Positions 23,504-47,451 are shown, counted from the first letter of the whole stretch. The stretch: 63,608 bases of DNA, filler included, from Bigelowiella natans CCMP2755 (GCA_000320545.1; 8 parts of 8 records of this genome joined end to end with filler, not necessarily neighbours in it), one strand, 5' to 3'. Notes: generated by a model not told the origin, from the letters alone. Made by a program: numbers and translations.

Positions 23504-25085
23504 TCACGGCACATTCAAAACAACATAAGAATAATATTTTTGCAAGCAGCAATGCGAGTTGGATACGCTAGGTGAGTGTACCTTATCTTGGCGTATGTAC
23601 AAACGTCTAATGTTATCTACAAAGGATTCTTCGTGTTCTTCGCTGTCGAACCCTGTGTTCGAATGGCGGGTCACTAAATTCTCAAGCTCAAAAGCGAATT
23701 TAGCTAGTTTGTCCGAATCAACCACTGTTGGCAATTTTCTAAAAAGTCTAACACTTGTAAATAGTAACTACAGCACAAAGTTCAGATCAAATGATATCTT
23801 GAGTTTTATTCGAAGCATTATTACCAACGATCCTAAATAGAGAGGTGAGAATGTATTGATTTCCGGTGTTATATGAAGAATTGTTGCTAATTCTTTCATT
23901 ATTTCCTCAATCTAATTAAAAAAAAAATCTAGTGAATCAGTGAAATCATATAGGCTTTGTAAAATTAATTGTGCCTCGCTCGAATCGCGAAATATTGAAG
24001 CTGTTCTTAGAATCTGGAGATATCGGCATGACAAAAGCTCGAAAACTTAATTGATGAAGCAATTAGGACTAAGCTGGAAATCAATCATAGTCAGTCACTT
24101 ACCTGGGCAATAAAAAATGAATTTGCTTTTGCAAAGTCCCTGGAAGAATAGAGATGTCATCTTCGATTCAGATGGATGATATTGCTAAGGATGAAAAATA
24201 ACAATACACTTTCCAATTCAACTTGTGACATATCTCCATTTCGGTGATGACCAGATCTGATACGCAAGATTAATTTATTCAAAATATCATCAACAAAAAA
24301 TTCAAGGTAAATAAAATACAGTTATGTAATTGATGCAAAGTAACGATTGGGTGTGAAAAGCTGTGACAGTCGAACTTCAATCTCGATACCTTTAAGTGAG
24401 TAAGTTTTTAGTTGTAGACAGACTTCTTTAAGACATAATGGATATCTTTCATAAAATTTGCTTGAAATCACAACGCAGCACACTATGTGGGATGCAGTCA
24501 CTTGAGTACTTCTGCTCGATACAGTGGATGATATATATTTCTTGTCAATAAGATCTTCAAAGCAAATATGATCAACTACAATTATCATATCAATAATGAT
24601 AAAAACTATCGTAGTCACATTTATTGTTCCAAGCCATGTGAAGTGGTTGTGTCTGTCAATTTGTCAATTCATGCGAACCTAGATTCAATTCTCTGCAACA
24701 TGATGATTGCATTGAAAAGAGTATTGCAATCCAACCGGAACTGCTCACAAAGGTATCTAATGTAAACTACAGAGTGGAAACGAAAATTTGAATTGGAACA
24801 TAAAATTTGGCCTGGGGACAAATTCTCTTTCTTGTCATCGTTTCTAATTTGGTCGTGATGTGTCTCTTCTTCATTCAAGAGCACACAAAGAATTTTTCCT
24901 AGTTTTATGCCGGCGTAAGGAGTTTCCATATTTATCATCCGGCATCTTTGATCTTCTGCTTCGTTATCAAGGCTTTGCATGGTGTTCTTTGTTTCTCGGA
25001 TTGGGGCTTCGAAGAGGGGCAACGGGCAATGATTTGTGCTACGCTTTTCTTCGAAGTTTCGTTCGCGTTTCGAGATGTTGGTCAT
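23504..25085 (-). CDS. Divergent cyclin-fold protein, AT-rich, short introns; limits approximate
   Basis: YLCEQFRLDCNTLFNAIIMLQR and HIVCCVVISSKFYERYP..LKGIEIEV follow cyclin-box helices (L...TL..A...DR; C..I.SK.EE; ME..IL). Confidence 0.5.
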
Positions 25086-25393
25086 GAATCTAGGGCAATT
25101 TACCAATACGTCAGCAAATAAGAGCCCATCTAGCTTGCGTAAATTGATTGCCACAGAGACCGTAGGTGCTTGAATAAGACATAGGATTTTTCTGTTCTGC
25201 GACAGGGATCTTGGGCACGAATGCTCTAAATGCACAGGGATTGTTGTCGAAGGACTAAATGAAGGCGTTTCTTAGCCAAAGTCATTGCATTTTAATTGAC
25301 GCAAAGAGAAATTAGCGATTTTTGACAGCAGGTTGAAATTCGAACCTGAGCAGTAGATCTACCGAACCGGAAGAGAAGCACACGCTAACCCCA

Positions 25394-26126
25394 ATGGCGT
25401 CCTTTGACAGTTCGTGGTACATGATAACCTTCATTTCATATATATCTTCCCCCTTTTAATAATGGAGATACGCTTGATCGCAGTTCCCTTCTTCGTCTCT
25501 CACGAAATACTCACACGAAGATATGAATCAGGTTTCACGGGACATTTAACATGTTTCGAGTCTCCGGGGATTTGATGCATGGGACCGCAATAGCGCTAGT
25601 CCTCCACAAGCTCTTTGTGCTTCGGAGTGCGAAGGCTCTATCTTTAAAGTGCCAGGTGCTCTACCTCCTCGTCTTCATCACAAGGTATGCATGATACGAC
25701 TTTTTTTTCTGCTTCTCCGTTCGATCCTATCGATTGGCGTGAGGAGAGAAATGGGTTAAATTTGGCACACATTTGCATCTGGTTTTGCTTTAATATTGTC
25801 ACATTGTTCCTCCCTAACGTTGCCTTGCTGATGTAATTTTCCTACCACTACTACTACTGCTGCTACTACTACTACTGCTACTACTACTACATCGCACTGC
25901 GCACGCATACGCCGAGAATAGATACCTCGATATATTCACCCCGGGTGGCTACTGGTACAACTTCTTCTTCAAGATCTACTTTATTTTCGCGACTGGATTT
26001 GCAGTGGCATTATTATACATCGCAAAGGAGGGGGGCATTGGGAGCTGGGATTCACACTATCAGGCAGAGAAGGTGCGGAAGCTCGCAGGCAGAGGAAAAG
26101 AGCGAGAATGCGCTCGACTCTCTTCC

Positions 26127-26164
<38 letters not shown>

Positions 26165-26185
26165 TTATTTTACTCTCAAACACAA

Positions 26186-26236
<51 letters not shown>

Positions 26237-26545
26237 TTTGTGTGACGTATCACAATGCGTGTAAATTTAAAATATACTCCTCTCGCACGGATGCTAGAAT
26301 ATCACTCTTCAAGGATTTCGTTGCGCCGCTGAGAACACGATACGTAGATTCATCATCCCTCGAACGGGACTGCTCTAACTACCAGAAGCCCTCAGCAATT
26401 AACAGTAGTATGGTTATCTCTCAGGACACGTTTGTAACCGCGGCGGTGATCGTTCCTAGCATTGTTTTAGCAATAGCGGTAACTCCGGAAATTTCTCTAG
26501 GGGATGGAGCAGGCTTTTCTCTGTTTGGCTTCGACGTTGTGAGGG
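25394..26545 (+). CDS. ERD2: ER lumen protein-retaining (KDEL/HDEL) receptor, 5' half
   Basis: MASFDSSW|FHGTFNMFRVSGDLMHGTAIALVLHKLFVLRSAKALSLKCQVLYLLVFITR|YLDIF..WYNFFFKIYFI..YQAEK|DTF matches the ERD2 N-terminus. Confidence 0.88.
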
Positions 26546-26584
26546 TTGAAAACTATGCACAGTACTCCTACACATGTTTGTAAT

Positions 26585-26651
<67 letters not shown>

Positions 26652-26989
26652 AAGGATGACGTACGTACGTCTCTCTCTCTCTCACACAGAGAGACAGGGA
26701 CGCTCTCTGAGAGAGAGATATAGAGAGAGCGAGAGCTCGAGCGATAACTGCCGCAGGCACGCGCGCGCGCGCGCACACACACATACACAGAGAGATATTT
26801 ATATATGTGTGTTGTGTGAGTGTGTGAGAGAGAGAGAGCGCGCGCGCGAGAGAGNNNNNNNNNNNNNNNNNNNNNNNNNNNNNNNNNNNNNNNNNNNNTT
26901 AATTAATTAANNNNNNNNNNNNNNNNNNNNNNNNNNNNNNNNNNNNNNNNNNNNGGGGGGGGGGGGGAGGGTTGAGGCGCGGGCTTGAA

Positions 26990-36087
<9,098 letters not shown>

Positions 36088-36567
36088 AGGATGATCGCGC
36101 TTTCATGACCGTCGAGTCTACAAGTTGATGCCCAGTTGTAGTCAGAAAGCAAAGAGCCCCCCGATCTCACCTCTCTCCACTTGATCCACGGAGCGTTGGG
36201 GGAGGAGGGCGGGTCGGGCCAGGCTGTAGCTTCGAGATTGGTTTTTCCCGTTGCAGCCGACCGTTTCGGCCGAGGGGATCAAGACAAGAGTTTGTGCAAA
36301 CGCCTGCCGCCTGTGACGGAATCTAGGAATTAATGCATGAAATCATTGTCGCATCTTCAAATCCCAGTATATTTCCGTGGAAACGGGCTACCGTACGGGG
36401 AAGGAGGATCCTCAGGTTTCCGATGGATTGTTCTTCATTCATTCATGCTGACTTCTCCTCCCACTGCTTCATTGGTTCATTGATTCATGCATTCTTCACA
36501 CTTTCCTGATCCTGCGTGTGCCCCAACCTAACAAAAGCGAGTTGTCCGACGCAGTAAAGTTCTAGCC

Positions 36568-37320
36568 ATGGGAGGCGACAACTCAAAAAAGATTCGAACG
36601 CTTCAGGCAGAAGGAAGGTAGTGGGTGTCATGGTTGCGTTCCATCGCCCGACGGCAAGTTCGCCATTTTGCCTGAGAGACGTGTTGCTCTCTGGAATGCA
36701 GAAGAAATTGATCTCAGAAACGCAGGATGCACCCTGCTAGCCTGCCGGCTGACGGCAAGATTGCCCTGACGTCCTGTGCAGATCACAGCTGTGATCTTTG
36801 GGACACAAAAGATGGGAGTAAAGTTCAAGTGAACCTTCCAAAAGGGTGCCAACTGCACCAAATTCAGGCCACATTGACTCAGTGACAGCCGCATGCAGCC
36901 TGTCGGCCGACATGTTTTCACGGCCGATGGCAATCTCGCTCTCTCGCCCTCTGGCCCTCTGTGGATGAATCATCCTGCGTTGTCTAGAACACAAATTTTG
37001 GGGAATCGGATTTGAGCGGAGCGGGGCCGAATGTGAGAGGCCAGAGGGGGCACACATTGACATGCTGAGAGCATGTGTGTGAACGGGTGCGCCTTGTCGA
37101 CCGATGGCACCCTCGCGCTCTCAGTCTCAAGCCATCAAATCTGCATTCTTTGGACACAAACTGACAAACACTGTTGATAGAATCTTTTTCCGAGCACTGA
37201 AATAGTTCGAAGGAGATGTGAAGGAGTGCACCAGTGCACCTCATCGGCCGATCTAGCGATGACAAAACTCACGCTTTCGGCCTCGGACGATCACACCTCC
37301 TGTTTCTGGGACACAATGAC
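36568..37320 (+). pseudogene. Decayed WD40-repeat gene inside a TpA-depleted tract
   Basis: MGGDNSK start; SPDGKFA, ADGKIALTSCADHSCDLWDTKDG, GHIDSVTAACSLSAD, VNGCALSTDGTLALSVSSHQICILW and LSASDDHTSCFWDT lie in shifting frames. Confidence 0.75.
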
Positions 37321-37879
37321 GTGCACGTGTGTGATGTGAAATTTGATGACAATGCTAGAATGATTAGCACAAATCTGATCAAGGATTGATTCTTGTTCAC
37401 ATTCAATTCATGTTCAAAGTTCAACGAAACCATGGCAGCCTAGCAGCCCCCCTTGCCCTTCTAGCCTTCTAGCCTTGCTAGAAGGTGCCGCATTTCTGTT
37501 TTCAAACATGTGAAGGCTGCCACATTGTCTGGATGTGTACTAGTGGTGTGTTAGAGCAATACTTGAATGGTAAATCTTGCACACGGGGCAAAATGACATG
37601 CATGATAAGACCTAGCTAGCCATGCACACGCAACACAGAAGTGCAAATTAAATGTCACGTGATGAAATTCTAAATGCCCTAGCAAGTGCAATGATGTTCG
37701 ATCGGGCAGCAAAATTCATGTCTGAAACGATTCCAGCTTATGCCCATCACGCAGTTTATCATTGATAATTTTCTCTCTGTGATCACAAGTTTACAAGCAT
37801 AGCTCGTCGTCGATCGTAAAGCTGATTTGATACAGTTTTCGAGTTCATCATGTCGGTAGCAGTGCTCATCCGCTGTCGT

Positions 37880-39615
37880 CATCATGTATGTTGCATGTAT
37901 GTAGGCCTCTATCTGTAGATATCCGATGCCGCAAATCCTGCCATGTGCCAAATTAGTGTCATTAACCGACCATAGCGACATGATATAAACCCCAATTAAT
38001 TACTATTCCGAAGAGAAACAGGAGGGTAACCTACCGTGAACATAGTCCTCCACATCTCTCTCCGCCTTCGACTGATAACAAAAACATCATCGATATTACT
38101 CGCGCATGGCCTCCGCATACGTTCATGCCTTGTTGTTTAGGATTTCCATGAAACCCCTTCATCCTACTGCCCACCACCAGCATCGTCATCGCATCGTCGC
38201 CACCACCATTACTCATCATCATAGTATCATCATCAATCATCAACATCCATCATTTTCAAGACTTTATTGAAGTAGTAAGGCTCCTCGAGCGGATCTACGT
38301 CGCTTTCGTCATTGCCCCTGTAAGGAGGCAGATAGTCACGGTCAGTATCTCATCACGGCGATTGAAGCATGGCGATGAAGGTGATGATAATGGCGATTAT
38401 GACGACGACGAGTATGTGATTGCGATTTCCAGTTTTTTGCTGTTAATATCCATGCTTGCCCCTATCCCCCCCCCCCCCCCCTCCCCCCTTCCTACGCACT
38501 GTTAGGAGCACCAATCCTGCTAGCACACACAACGATACAAAAAAAACACTATGCTGTTTGTGATTCTGTCCATCATTACTTCCATATAAGCTTTTCAGGC
38601 ACGACGCTCTTGTAGATCAGCCTCTCCCTGAAACACATCGGTGGTGGCTTTGAATTAGTCGATGATCCAACAATGATGACGACGACGATGATGATTATGA
38701 TGATGATGGAGGTGCAAAGAAGAGGGGAGGGGGCGACATGTGGACGCAGTAGCAGCAGCCACCATGTGATCCCCGGATGCTTCTTCGAGAGCTCTACAAA
38801 GAGGATCCTGGGGAGGGAGGGGGGGGAGCGCGGGGGCGTGGAGAACGTGTCAATAGCAAGTGCGACGTGTGGCGAATGACCGCTGGGAAGGGGAAGGAAT
38901 GACGATGGCCACATCTACGGCGGTGGTGATAATGATGATGATAATGATGACGATGACGACAACATCATGATTAGTAGCTCAAGCTGCTGCTCGGAGTAAA
39001 AACTGGTTATTATTGCTAACGATTCCTACTCCAAACAATGACCCATTCTTCAATCTCCAGCGAGTACCGAAGGGTAGGATGTCGCCTGGGGGAGGTTTAT
39101 TGACGAGAAAGGGAAGGGGGGGAGAGGACGAAATCGAGGAGAAGGAAACAACGCAGGAAGAGAAGAGAGATAGGGAGAATAAGCTATTCTCAGTGCAACG
39201 TTCCATCCAATATCATCATCAACGAACGTATTCAAAACCAAGCTTCTTCGATAATCAACTTCCCTCTTCTCTTTTGGTCACGTAGTAGTAGCAGTAGTAG
39301 CAGCAGCATTAGTTATACAGGCAAGCAGCAGCAGTACACACCCCAAACGCGGACCTGAAAGGGAGTGGCACCAGTAATACGTCAGCCTCTCGCCCCTCTC
39401 TATCACCCCGATGTGGCCGCCCTGGGAGATCTCTGTTATCAACGCGACGGTGCTAATCGTTATGTTCAGCAGCGTGCTCTCGCAGTAGACCTGGCCAAGC
39501 AAAAGTAGCGTCGGGGAGAAGGGAGAGGAAGAAGAAGAAGAAGAAGAAGAAGAAGAAGAAGGGTTGGCAGGCAACTCGTTTGGCCGGAGAGACAGCATAT
39601 ATTTGTGGTGTGCAG

Positions 39616-39654
<39 letters not shown>

Positions 39655-40860
39655 CGCGCGCGCGCTGTATCCAATACATCGCCTCTACTACCGAGATGTT
39701 GGCCGTGGCTACGTGCTGCGTCAGACCCCTGTAGGAAACGTTGAACCACACAGCAGCACCATCCGCACACACCCCATCAGTGTTACTGCACGCGGGTAGC
39801 AGTCGCATTCCTCACATCTCTTCCTCCTTTCCCTCCGCTCCCCGCCCCCTCTCTGGCGCACATACTCTTGCAGGTTCTCCAGGGCTATGTAGAGCTTGGG
39901 CCTCGGCCCGTCCACGAACTCGAAGCTGAGGAGAGAAGAGAAGCGAAGAATAGCAGCCACCATGCAGCAGGAGGGCCGAGAATCAACGACACACCGTACA
40001 CGCAGCACCACCGAACGGATTGCATGTGAAGTCGAATAGATTGCCCGCGCTCTCTCGCACACGAATCGCCAGCCCATCGCCGCCGCTGCCGCTTCTGCGG
40101 CTGCTACTGCTACTACTGGTAAGGATACCTATCGATTGGCTTGGAGTGCCCGGTGATGCCAGAGGCCACGTGCTGGGGCCGCTTCTGATATGCTTGGAAA
40201 CCCTGGTGGGTGAGTCGAAGAACACAATGATCACGACGATGACGACGACGACGACAACACCACGCGTGGTCAGGCGCATTTCTGCTTCTGCTGCTGTATC
40301 TATTTCTGTATTTTTGGGGTGAAAAGCAGTAGAATATATAGCCACTATCCCCCGCCCCCCCCCCCTGCACCACCACCACTAACCCCCACTGTCACCGTGT
40401 CGCCATATTTGTTCTCAACATCCATTCCGTTGATTAGAGTAATGATGATGGCTGCTGCAGCACACACTACTATCTTCAACACCCTCTCCTCCTCCTCCGC
40501 CATTGGTAGCAGAAAAAGAGATGCTATTCAAATATCTCCTATGAATTCGATGAGGTCTTTAAAAAGGAAGACAGACCGTCATACCCGGCTTATTCATGAA
40601 TTTTAATAAAATAATCTGAGCGAATCCTGAGACTGACTCTTTTTGAAACAATAGTAATAGTTGAGCAGCACATACGTTCATCAGAATAGAAGCTGGCTGA
40701 AGAGGGGTTACGGCCATAATCTGGAACATATTTTTATTATTATGGAACCGTCGATTCTGATTCACCGGGCGAAACAGCTGATTTAAGACACGATGTTGCC
40801 CAGGGTCTCATGCTTCTCTCTCATCGCTCGCGTACTTATCCGCTGTGATGGAACACTGCA
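37880..40860 (-). CDS. Multi-exon gene of unknown function, 3' part
   Basis: Coding-like segments between microsatellite introns, e.g. GAAVWFNVSYRGLTQHVATANISVVEAMYW, VYCESTLLNITIST..ERLTYYWCHS, GDILPFGTRWRLKNGSLFG. No family recognised. Confidence 0.4.
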
Positions 40861-41896
40861 TCTGATGAATTTAGCCACGAATGAAACAACTGCTTGACTA
40901 TAACCTAACATCTGNNNNNNNNNNNNNNNNNNNNNNNNNNNNNNNNNNNNNNNNNNNNTTAATTAATTAANNNNNNNNNNNNNNNNNNNNNNNNNNNNNN
41001 NNNNNNNNNNNNNNTTAAAAAATTCGCCTTTCCGGCTTATTTATTAACGGGAGGAGTGTGGGCCTCAAAGAGGGGGTAAAAAAAAAAGGGGGGGGGGGGG
41101 GATGGCGGTTTTCCCCAACCCTTGCAAACGTTGGGCAAAATAATAATAATCACCCTCTCCCTCCTCCTCCCCCTCCTCATCATCATCATCATTATCACCA
41201 CCATCTTTATAATAACCCCCGGCAGCATTTCCACCCCCCAGGGCAACCTTATTCTCCCCCCCCCCCCTCAATACCTTTGTGCAGGACGACGAGGCAGCCG
41301 CGCTTGTACTCCACACACTTCTTCGTAAGCTGCTTCGTCGACTGTGAGGAGGAGGAGGAGGGGGGGGGGGGAGTAATATCATCCCATGCTAAAACTTGCC
41401 ATTGGTAGTAGAAATCTTCTCGGCAACACAGAGCAGCACGGGTAGCGGACATTTCTTGGTGTTAATGTCACCACGATGTGTATATAAATATATGTATGTA
41501 TGCGCGCGCGCGCGCGTGTGTGTGTGCGTCTGCCCTTGTATTGGTAAAAACCGTACCGTGAGATGATCCATTTTCAGGGAGGTCCACGAAGCAATCTTTT
41601 GTCGCGAGTCTTCAAACACAAACGTGGGTGGATGAGGCGACAGTGTAGCACCAGCAGCAAGACGAGCAAGAGGAGAGAGGGGGGGGGGGGGAGGGGGCAT
41701 AAATTCAGCATGCGCGACGAACGACAACCCACCACTAGCTAACATCACAGCAAGAAAATGGCTGCTTGAAAAACATTGAGCGTATATGCTCTTACCACCT
41801 CTAAGTGAAGGGCGTTGCATATTGCAAATACACACACACGCGCGCGCGCGTAGATGCTATAGATATGTGGTGCTTTACATTGAAGTCGTCGTCGTA

Positions 41897-41928
<32 letters not shown>

Positions 41929-42340
41929 GTAAGTATTTTTGTTAGATTTATTGTCATGTTGTTTACCGAGCAACTTCGTACTCGTTCGACGCACGTAGCC
42001 ATGCAGGATCGATTATCCTGGGAGGGGATCCTAAGTGGACGTCACATGTATCACCGCAGAGAAAAAAAAGGGGGAGGGGAGAGAAAGAGAGGACAGAAAG
42101 AGGCGAGTTGGTGAGGGAAGAGAATCACACTCACACCCTTGGGTCTTCCAATCGTTCGTATCATGATGAATTCCAATGATCAAAATTCATTGCAATATGA
42201 CTCGCATGAAGAGGGAGGGAGGGGGAGGGGGGGGGGGGGAATTCAATCCTATAGTTATTCTCACCATTGGCGACCCAAAAAGCAATCTGGGATGATGATG
42301 CCTTTGGCTTCAGCTTGAATCGCTCGTAGCTATGCACGCA

Positions 42341-42382
<42 letters not shown>

Positions 42383-42449
42383 TAAGCATACGCATTCGTA
42401 CAATTCTCATTTTTTTGATGGTACTAAAGAGGGGTAGCGTATGATATAT

Positions 42450-42487
<38 letters not shown>

Positions 42488-43102
42488 AATGTGTATGTGT
42501 GCGTCGTATATAGCGCCTGACCACATCCAAATATCTGTTTATTTCATACTCTAATAGAGTGTCCTGGAAATGTGCTGATGGACGATGTTGCGATGTGTGT
42601 CGCAGTACATAGTTTTGCCGCTGGGAAGCACTGCGGAGCAATCCATTAGTCCCACACGAAATCGGTAGTTCGCCTAATGGAGAATAAGGATGATGACTCT
42701 ACTTCCTTCTCTCTGCCCCCTCTCTGTGTACGTGAGTATGTGTGTGTGTTGTGTGTGTGTGTGTGTGTGTGTGTGTTGTGTGTGTGTGAGTGTTTGTGTG
42801 GCAGAGTATTGTTGACCTTCACAGCGAGTGTATCCATCGTTTTCACGCTCGTAAGCGATGACCTCCTGTGGTGTTTGTCGTTGCGTCATTGATGAGGTGA
42901 TGGTGACGATGGTGATGGTGATAATGATGATGATGGTTACGATGATGATGATGATGATGATGATGATAATGACGATGATGATGATGGTTATAGCGACGTC
43001 TTCTTTTATTGACACGACTAGCTGAAACTCCTATAAATACTGATGTGATTTTACGTCTGCGCTAAGATTGAATCAAGATGTCCATACATAGAAAGCCTCC
43101 CC

Positions 43103-43143
<41 letters not shown>

Positions 43144-43381
43144 CCCCCCCCACAGCGAGTCGGACCCCAATATCTTTTTTTTCCCCAAGCATGAACTGGG
43201 GGGTCATCNNNNNNNNNNNNNNNNNNNNNNNNNNNNNNNNNNNNNNNNNNNNTTAATTAATTAANNNNNNNNNNNNNNNNNNNNNNNNNNNNNNNNNNNN
43301 NNNNNNNNAGGAGCCGGGGAGGGGGGGGGAGTTTAAGATTGGAAAACGGACGGGAAAAGATATAGTAGAATCTATACACAC

Positions 43382-43421
<40 letters not shown>

Positions 43422-43893
43422 CACACACGCACACACACACACACACGTGTGCGCGCGCGAGCAGGCAGTTACTAACAACACTATTCAAATCGGCGAAGTA
43501 TCAATTGCCCCATCACCCCACCTCTCTCTCTATGTTGGTGCTGCTGTGCGCTTATCAGCCCACAACACCGACAAATGCAGCATACATCCAAAAACAACAA
43601 AACAGCATGTTTGTACGCGAGGACAGGGAGAGGAGGGAGACCTGCGTGGGAATGCTATTACTTCCACCTTTCTTAGCACTGGTGATGCCGCTGCTACTCG
43701 AGGCAGCACCAGAAGAAGCAGATGGTGCCCCCATCGAAGAGCTCGCCGCCTCCTATGCCGAAGGAGAAGCGTACATGTTTAACAAGAAAATAATGGAATT
43801 CTCTTTCTCTCTCTCTCTCTCTTTCTCACACGCACACATTTTCACCATCCTTGTATGCCTTTCAAGATGTGTTCAAAATTATGTGTGTATAAA

Positions 43894-43932
<39 letters not shown>

Positions 43933-44571
43933 CGCGTGTCGTTGTATGGCATTCATCGCATGGAGGGTGGTTTATAGTGCTGTTCTAACCGTAAATAGCT
44001 GCGGGCTATTGGAACGTTCCTGGAGTAGTAGTAGTAGAAGTAGAAGTAGTAGTAGAAGTAGTAGCAGTAGTAGTTGTGGTAGGCAAAATGACAAGCATTA
44101 ACACAATCATTACCACAAGATATGTCAGTCAATGGGGGGGTAGGGATCATATCAGACGAGTCGCCCAACTAGACACACATCGTCTATATCTGTACAAAGA
44201 GGGCTGCTGCTGCTGGTGCTCGTTTTAGATACAATTATAATGAATAATGCAGTGTTTAGGAGGGGAAAATGACTGCTTAAAAGCCAATTCTCCTTCATCC
44301 TCTCTCTCTCTCTCTCTTGCAGGATCTCCATCATCATCATCATCATCATCATTTTCATCTTCATCGTGGTTGCTGTTCTAAATGGATGTGAAGGTTCAGC
44401 ACCCTCTTGTTGGTCCCGCCCCCCCCGCTTCCCGCTCCTCCTCTTCCTCCATTCTTGGCGTTCTTCTTCTCGACGGTTGACGGCGCGCTAGAGCTAACGC
44501 CTTCACCGTAGAAGGAAAAGGCGTGCCTTTGATCGTCGCCGTGCATATTACCAGAAGGAGGACATGGCCAT

Positions 44572-44612
<41 letters not shown>

Positions 44613-45019
44613 GTAAAGCAAACAAGCAGATAATAGTTAGGAGAAGTGTGCGAGAATGTTGGTGGTGAGAGAGTACACACACACACACACACACACACAC
44701 CGTAAATGAGAAAACATTCTTCTTTTCAGTGATTCTGAAGAAAAGAAAAACCCATCGATATCTCTCAAGGATTTATGCTATGACCCCCCCCTCCCTCCCA
44801 GTCCTTCTCATCAATCCAACCTCTTGAATTGCGGGCTAGCATATTTGTTTGATTTGCGGATGCCGCTCGATTTTGACTCGCCCAACGGATTCCTCCCCCC
44901 CGCCCAGCTTTTGCGCGTTCTTGCTGTCGTTGTCTTTTGTTAAGGAGAGTGAGAGGAAGAGACCAAACGAAACACAACACCCATAAGAAAGATGCTACGG
45001 CTGCTGCTAGTGGTGGTAG

Positions 45020-45057
<38 letters not shown>

Positions 45058-45293
45058 GCACTGATGATGATGATGATAAGATACGCTTCATTGAGAGCTC
45101 GATTCCGCGCGTATGTGTGCGCGTTGTGCGTGTTTGTTGGGCAGTGGCATGACAACAAGGCAAACCAAGAATCGTTATCATTACATGTCGCACATACATA
45201 CACAGGAAGCTCTTCCGACGTAGGATAAATCCGAAAGAGAAAGAACCACCAAGAAAACCAACAATCCATATTCGATTCCAAAACACATCATGC

Positions 45294-45327
<34 letters not shown>

Positions 45328-46205
45328 AGCCCCCCCCCTCCCCTGTAGTGTTGTATTTCACTCTTCTTTTTGGAAGAAGTGCCTCCTTTTCTATGTGAAT
45401 GAGGAGCTCATGATTGACTATTAACAGCAGAGGAGTAAAAGCTGCAATATCTTAGAAGAATGCTAAAAACAATGCTAAAAACAGCACCCCCCTCCCTGAG
45501 GAGATACTAAAGACGCTCAAGAGGTCTCTTCCCTCAAAAGATAAAATGGTATACGTGTGCGATTACAACGCAGCGAGATGGAATTAGTACAGCCATCAAA
45601 GCATGCAGCAACCCACAGTAGTTGCAGGCTGAATACTACAAGAAAATGTCTAATGTAAAACTGTAAACAATTAAAAGAAAAATAAATATGTTTCTCCCCA
45701 CGCGCGCGCGCGCTCTCTCTCTCTCTTTCTCTCTTTCTCGCACACACACACACACACATTCATGTTGTTACAAGGGAATTGACGGCTCTAAACACGTTGA
45801 TTCTCGTTGCCCCGCTGCTCCCAGTATCACGATGATGACGTTGCTGCTGATGTGCCTGATGATGCTTATTGTGATTGTCATCCGACGTCAGAGGATCGAC
45901 GCCACTCTTCTTAGCATGCTCTGTCTTCTTTGCCTCAATTGCTGCCAAACCGCTGCTATGCTTGTGTTGATAATCCCCGACAGCGCTGTGGACCTCCCCC
46001 TCCTCGTTGTCATCGATCGTGAGGACTTCTGCCTCTCCGACGATTGTGGGAGGGGTGGAGAGCTCGCTCTGCTGGTTCTTCGTTTTTTGCTTGTGGAGGA
46101 AGAGGGGGGCCGTGAAGGTGTTGTTTCTTAGCCTGGAGCGTCCATTCCCACCGCCTACGAAGGATGATGATGATGATGATGATGATAATGATGATAACAG
46201 TAACG

Positions 46206-46272
<67 letters not shown>

Positions 46273-46859
46273 CACAAATCACAGAAAACAGATATAGCCG
46301 TTCGCAGCATGCTCACACCTTGGTTTCTCTTGTGGATTGGAGGTGGCCTTGGGATGTACCCAGAAGAAGAGTACACACGACGAGCGTGCTCCCCCCCCCC
46401 GCTGCCCGGGGGGGGGTGGTATGCGCTCTGTTGGGGGCTTGATCCCACTGGGGGAGGGTGTTCGGGTTGTCGCACGGGCTCGCTCTTGCTTGGTAATCGA
46501 CAACCACAAACACAACAACAGCCGCAGCACAAGCGTGGGGGAGGAAAGGAATAGAAATGCTGAGAGAGAGAGAAGAGAAAAATCTCTTCCTTCTTTCTCT
46601 TTCTTCACATTTCATTTCCAAAGGGAGTTCGTTTGTTTTTCAGGGATGGCTTCTTTTGACACGGGAAACCATGCCCTTTTTTTCTNNNNNNNNNNNNNNN
46701 NNNNNNNNNNNNNNNNNNNNNNNNNNNNNTTAATTAATTAANNNNNNNNNNNNNNNNNNNNNNNNNNNNNNNNNNNNNNNNNNNNGACTGGAAGATATCA
46801 ATAAATGTAACTGTAACACCATCAACGTCGCCACAAACAGTCTCATTTGTCATATGCCA

Positions 46860-47451
46860 GCAGATCGTACGCAGAAGTATTCTTGGGTTAAGAAGGGTGA
46901 AAGAGAAGATGGAGGCAAGATTGTCAAAACTGAGGCGGCAATAATTGCAGTCGGGAAGAAATCCCAAACGGCGCTTCATCGATATTAAGGGAGATATGTC
47001 GTTGGGTCAGCTCGCTTACAACTCCGCCCCCCCAGGTATTTTTAGTAGGTAATCACTTCGTGTTTGTTGTAGGACGTCTGGCCCCCCCCCCCCCACCTCC
47101 TCCTCCTCCCCCTCCTCCACCACCTCCGCCCGAATCCGCCTCTAGGCCACCTCTTATCCACCTTTTGTTTGAATTGTGCCTGCAATCTTCGGATCCACAT
47201 GCCTGTGCATTAAGACGCTATCTCAGTCAACTAACACCCTCTCTATTCCTGTGCAGAACAAGCGGAAGGCGAGGAAGAAGAAACAAAAACGACCGGAATT
47301 GACCGCGGAACAACAAAAGAAGAAACTTCAAAAGAAGAAGGCAAGGGAGCTTCATGCAAAGTTCAAGCAGAAAACTAGGGGTAGGATCAACGGCTCAAAT
47401 CGGCAACTCACAAGGGAGGCTTTGAGGGATGATGACGCGTTTCGTTATTGA
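46860..47451 (+). CDS. 3' exons of an unknown protein with a K/R-rich tail
   Basis: Terminal exon NKRKARKKKQKRPELTAEQQKKKLQKKKARELHAKFKQKTRGRINGSNRQLTREALRDDDAFRY* follows a gcag acceptor. Confidence 0.45.

Noticed and set aside
41015-46685. Probable exons of unknown genes on two short contigs
   Set aside because: Coding-like pieces exist, but I could not fix a consistent frame or family, so no feature was called.
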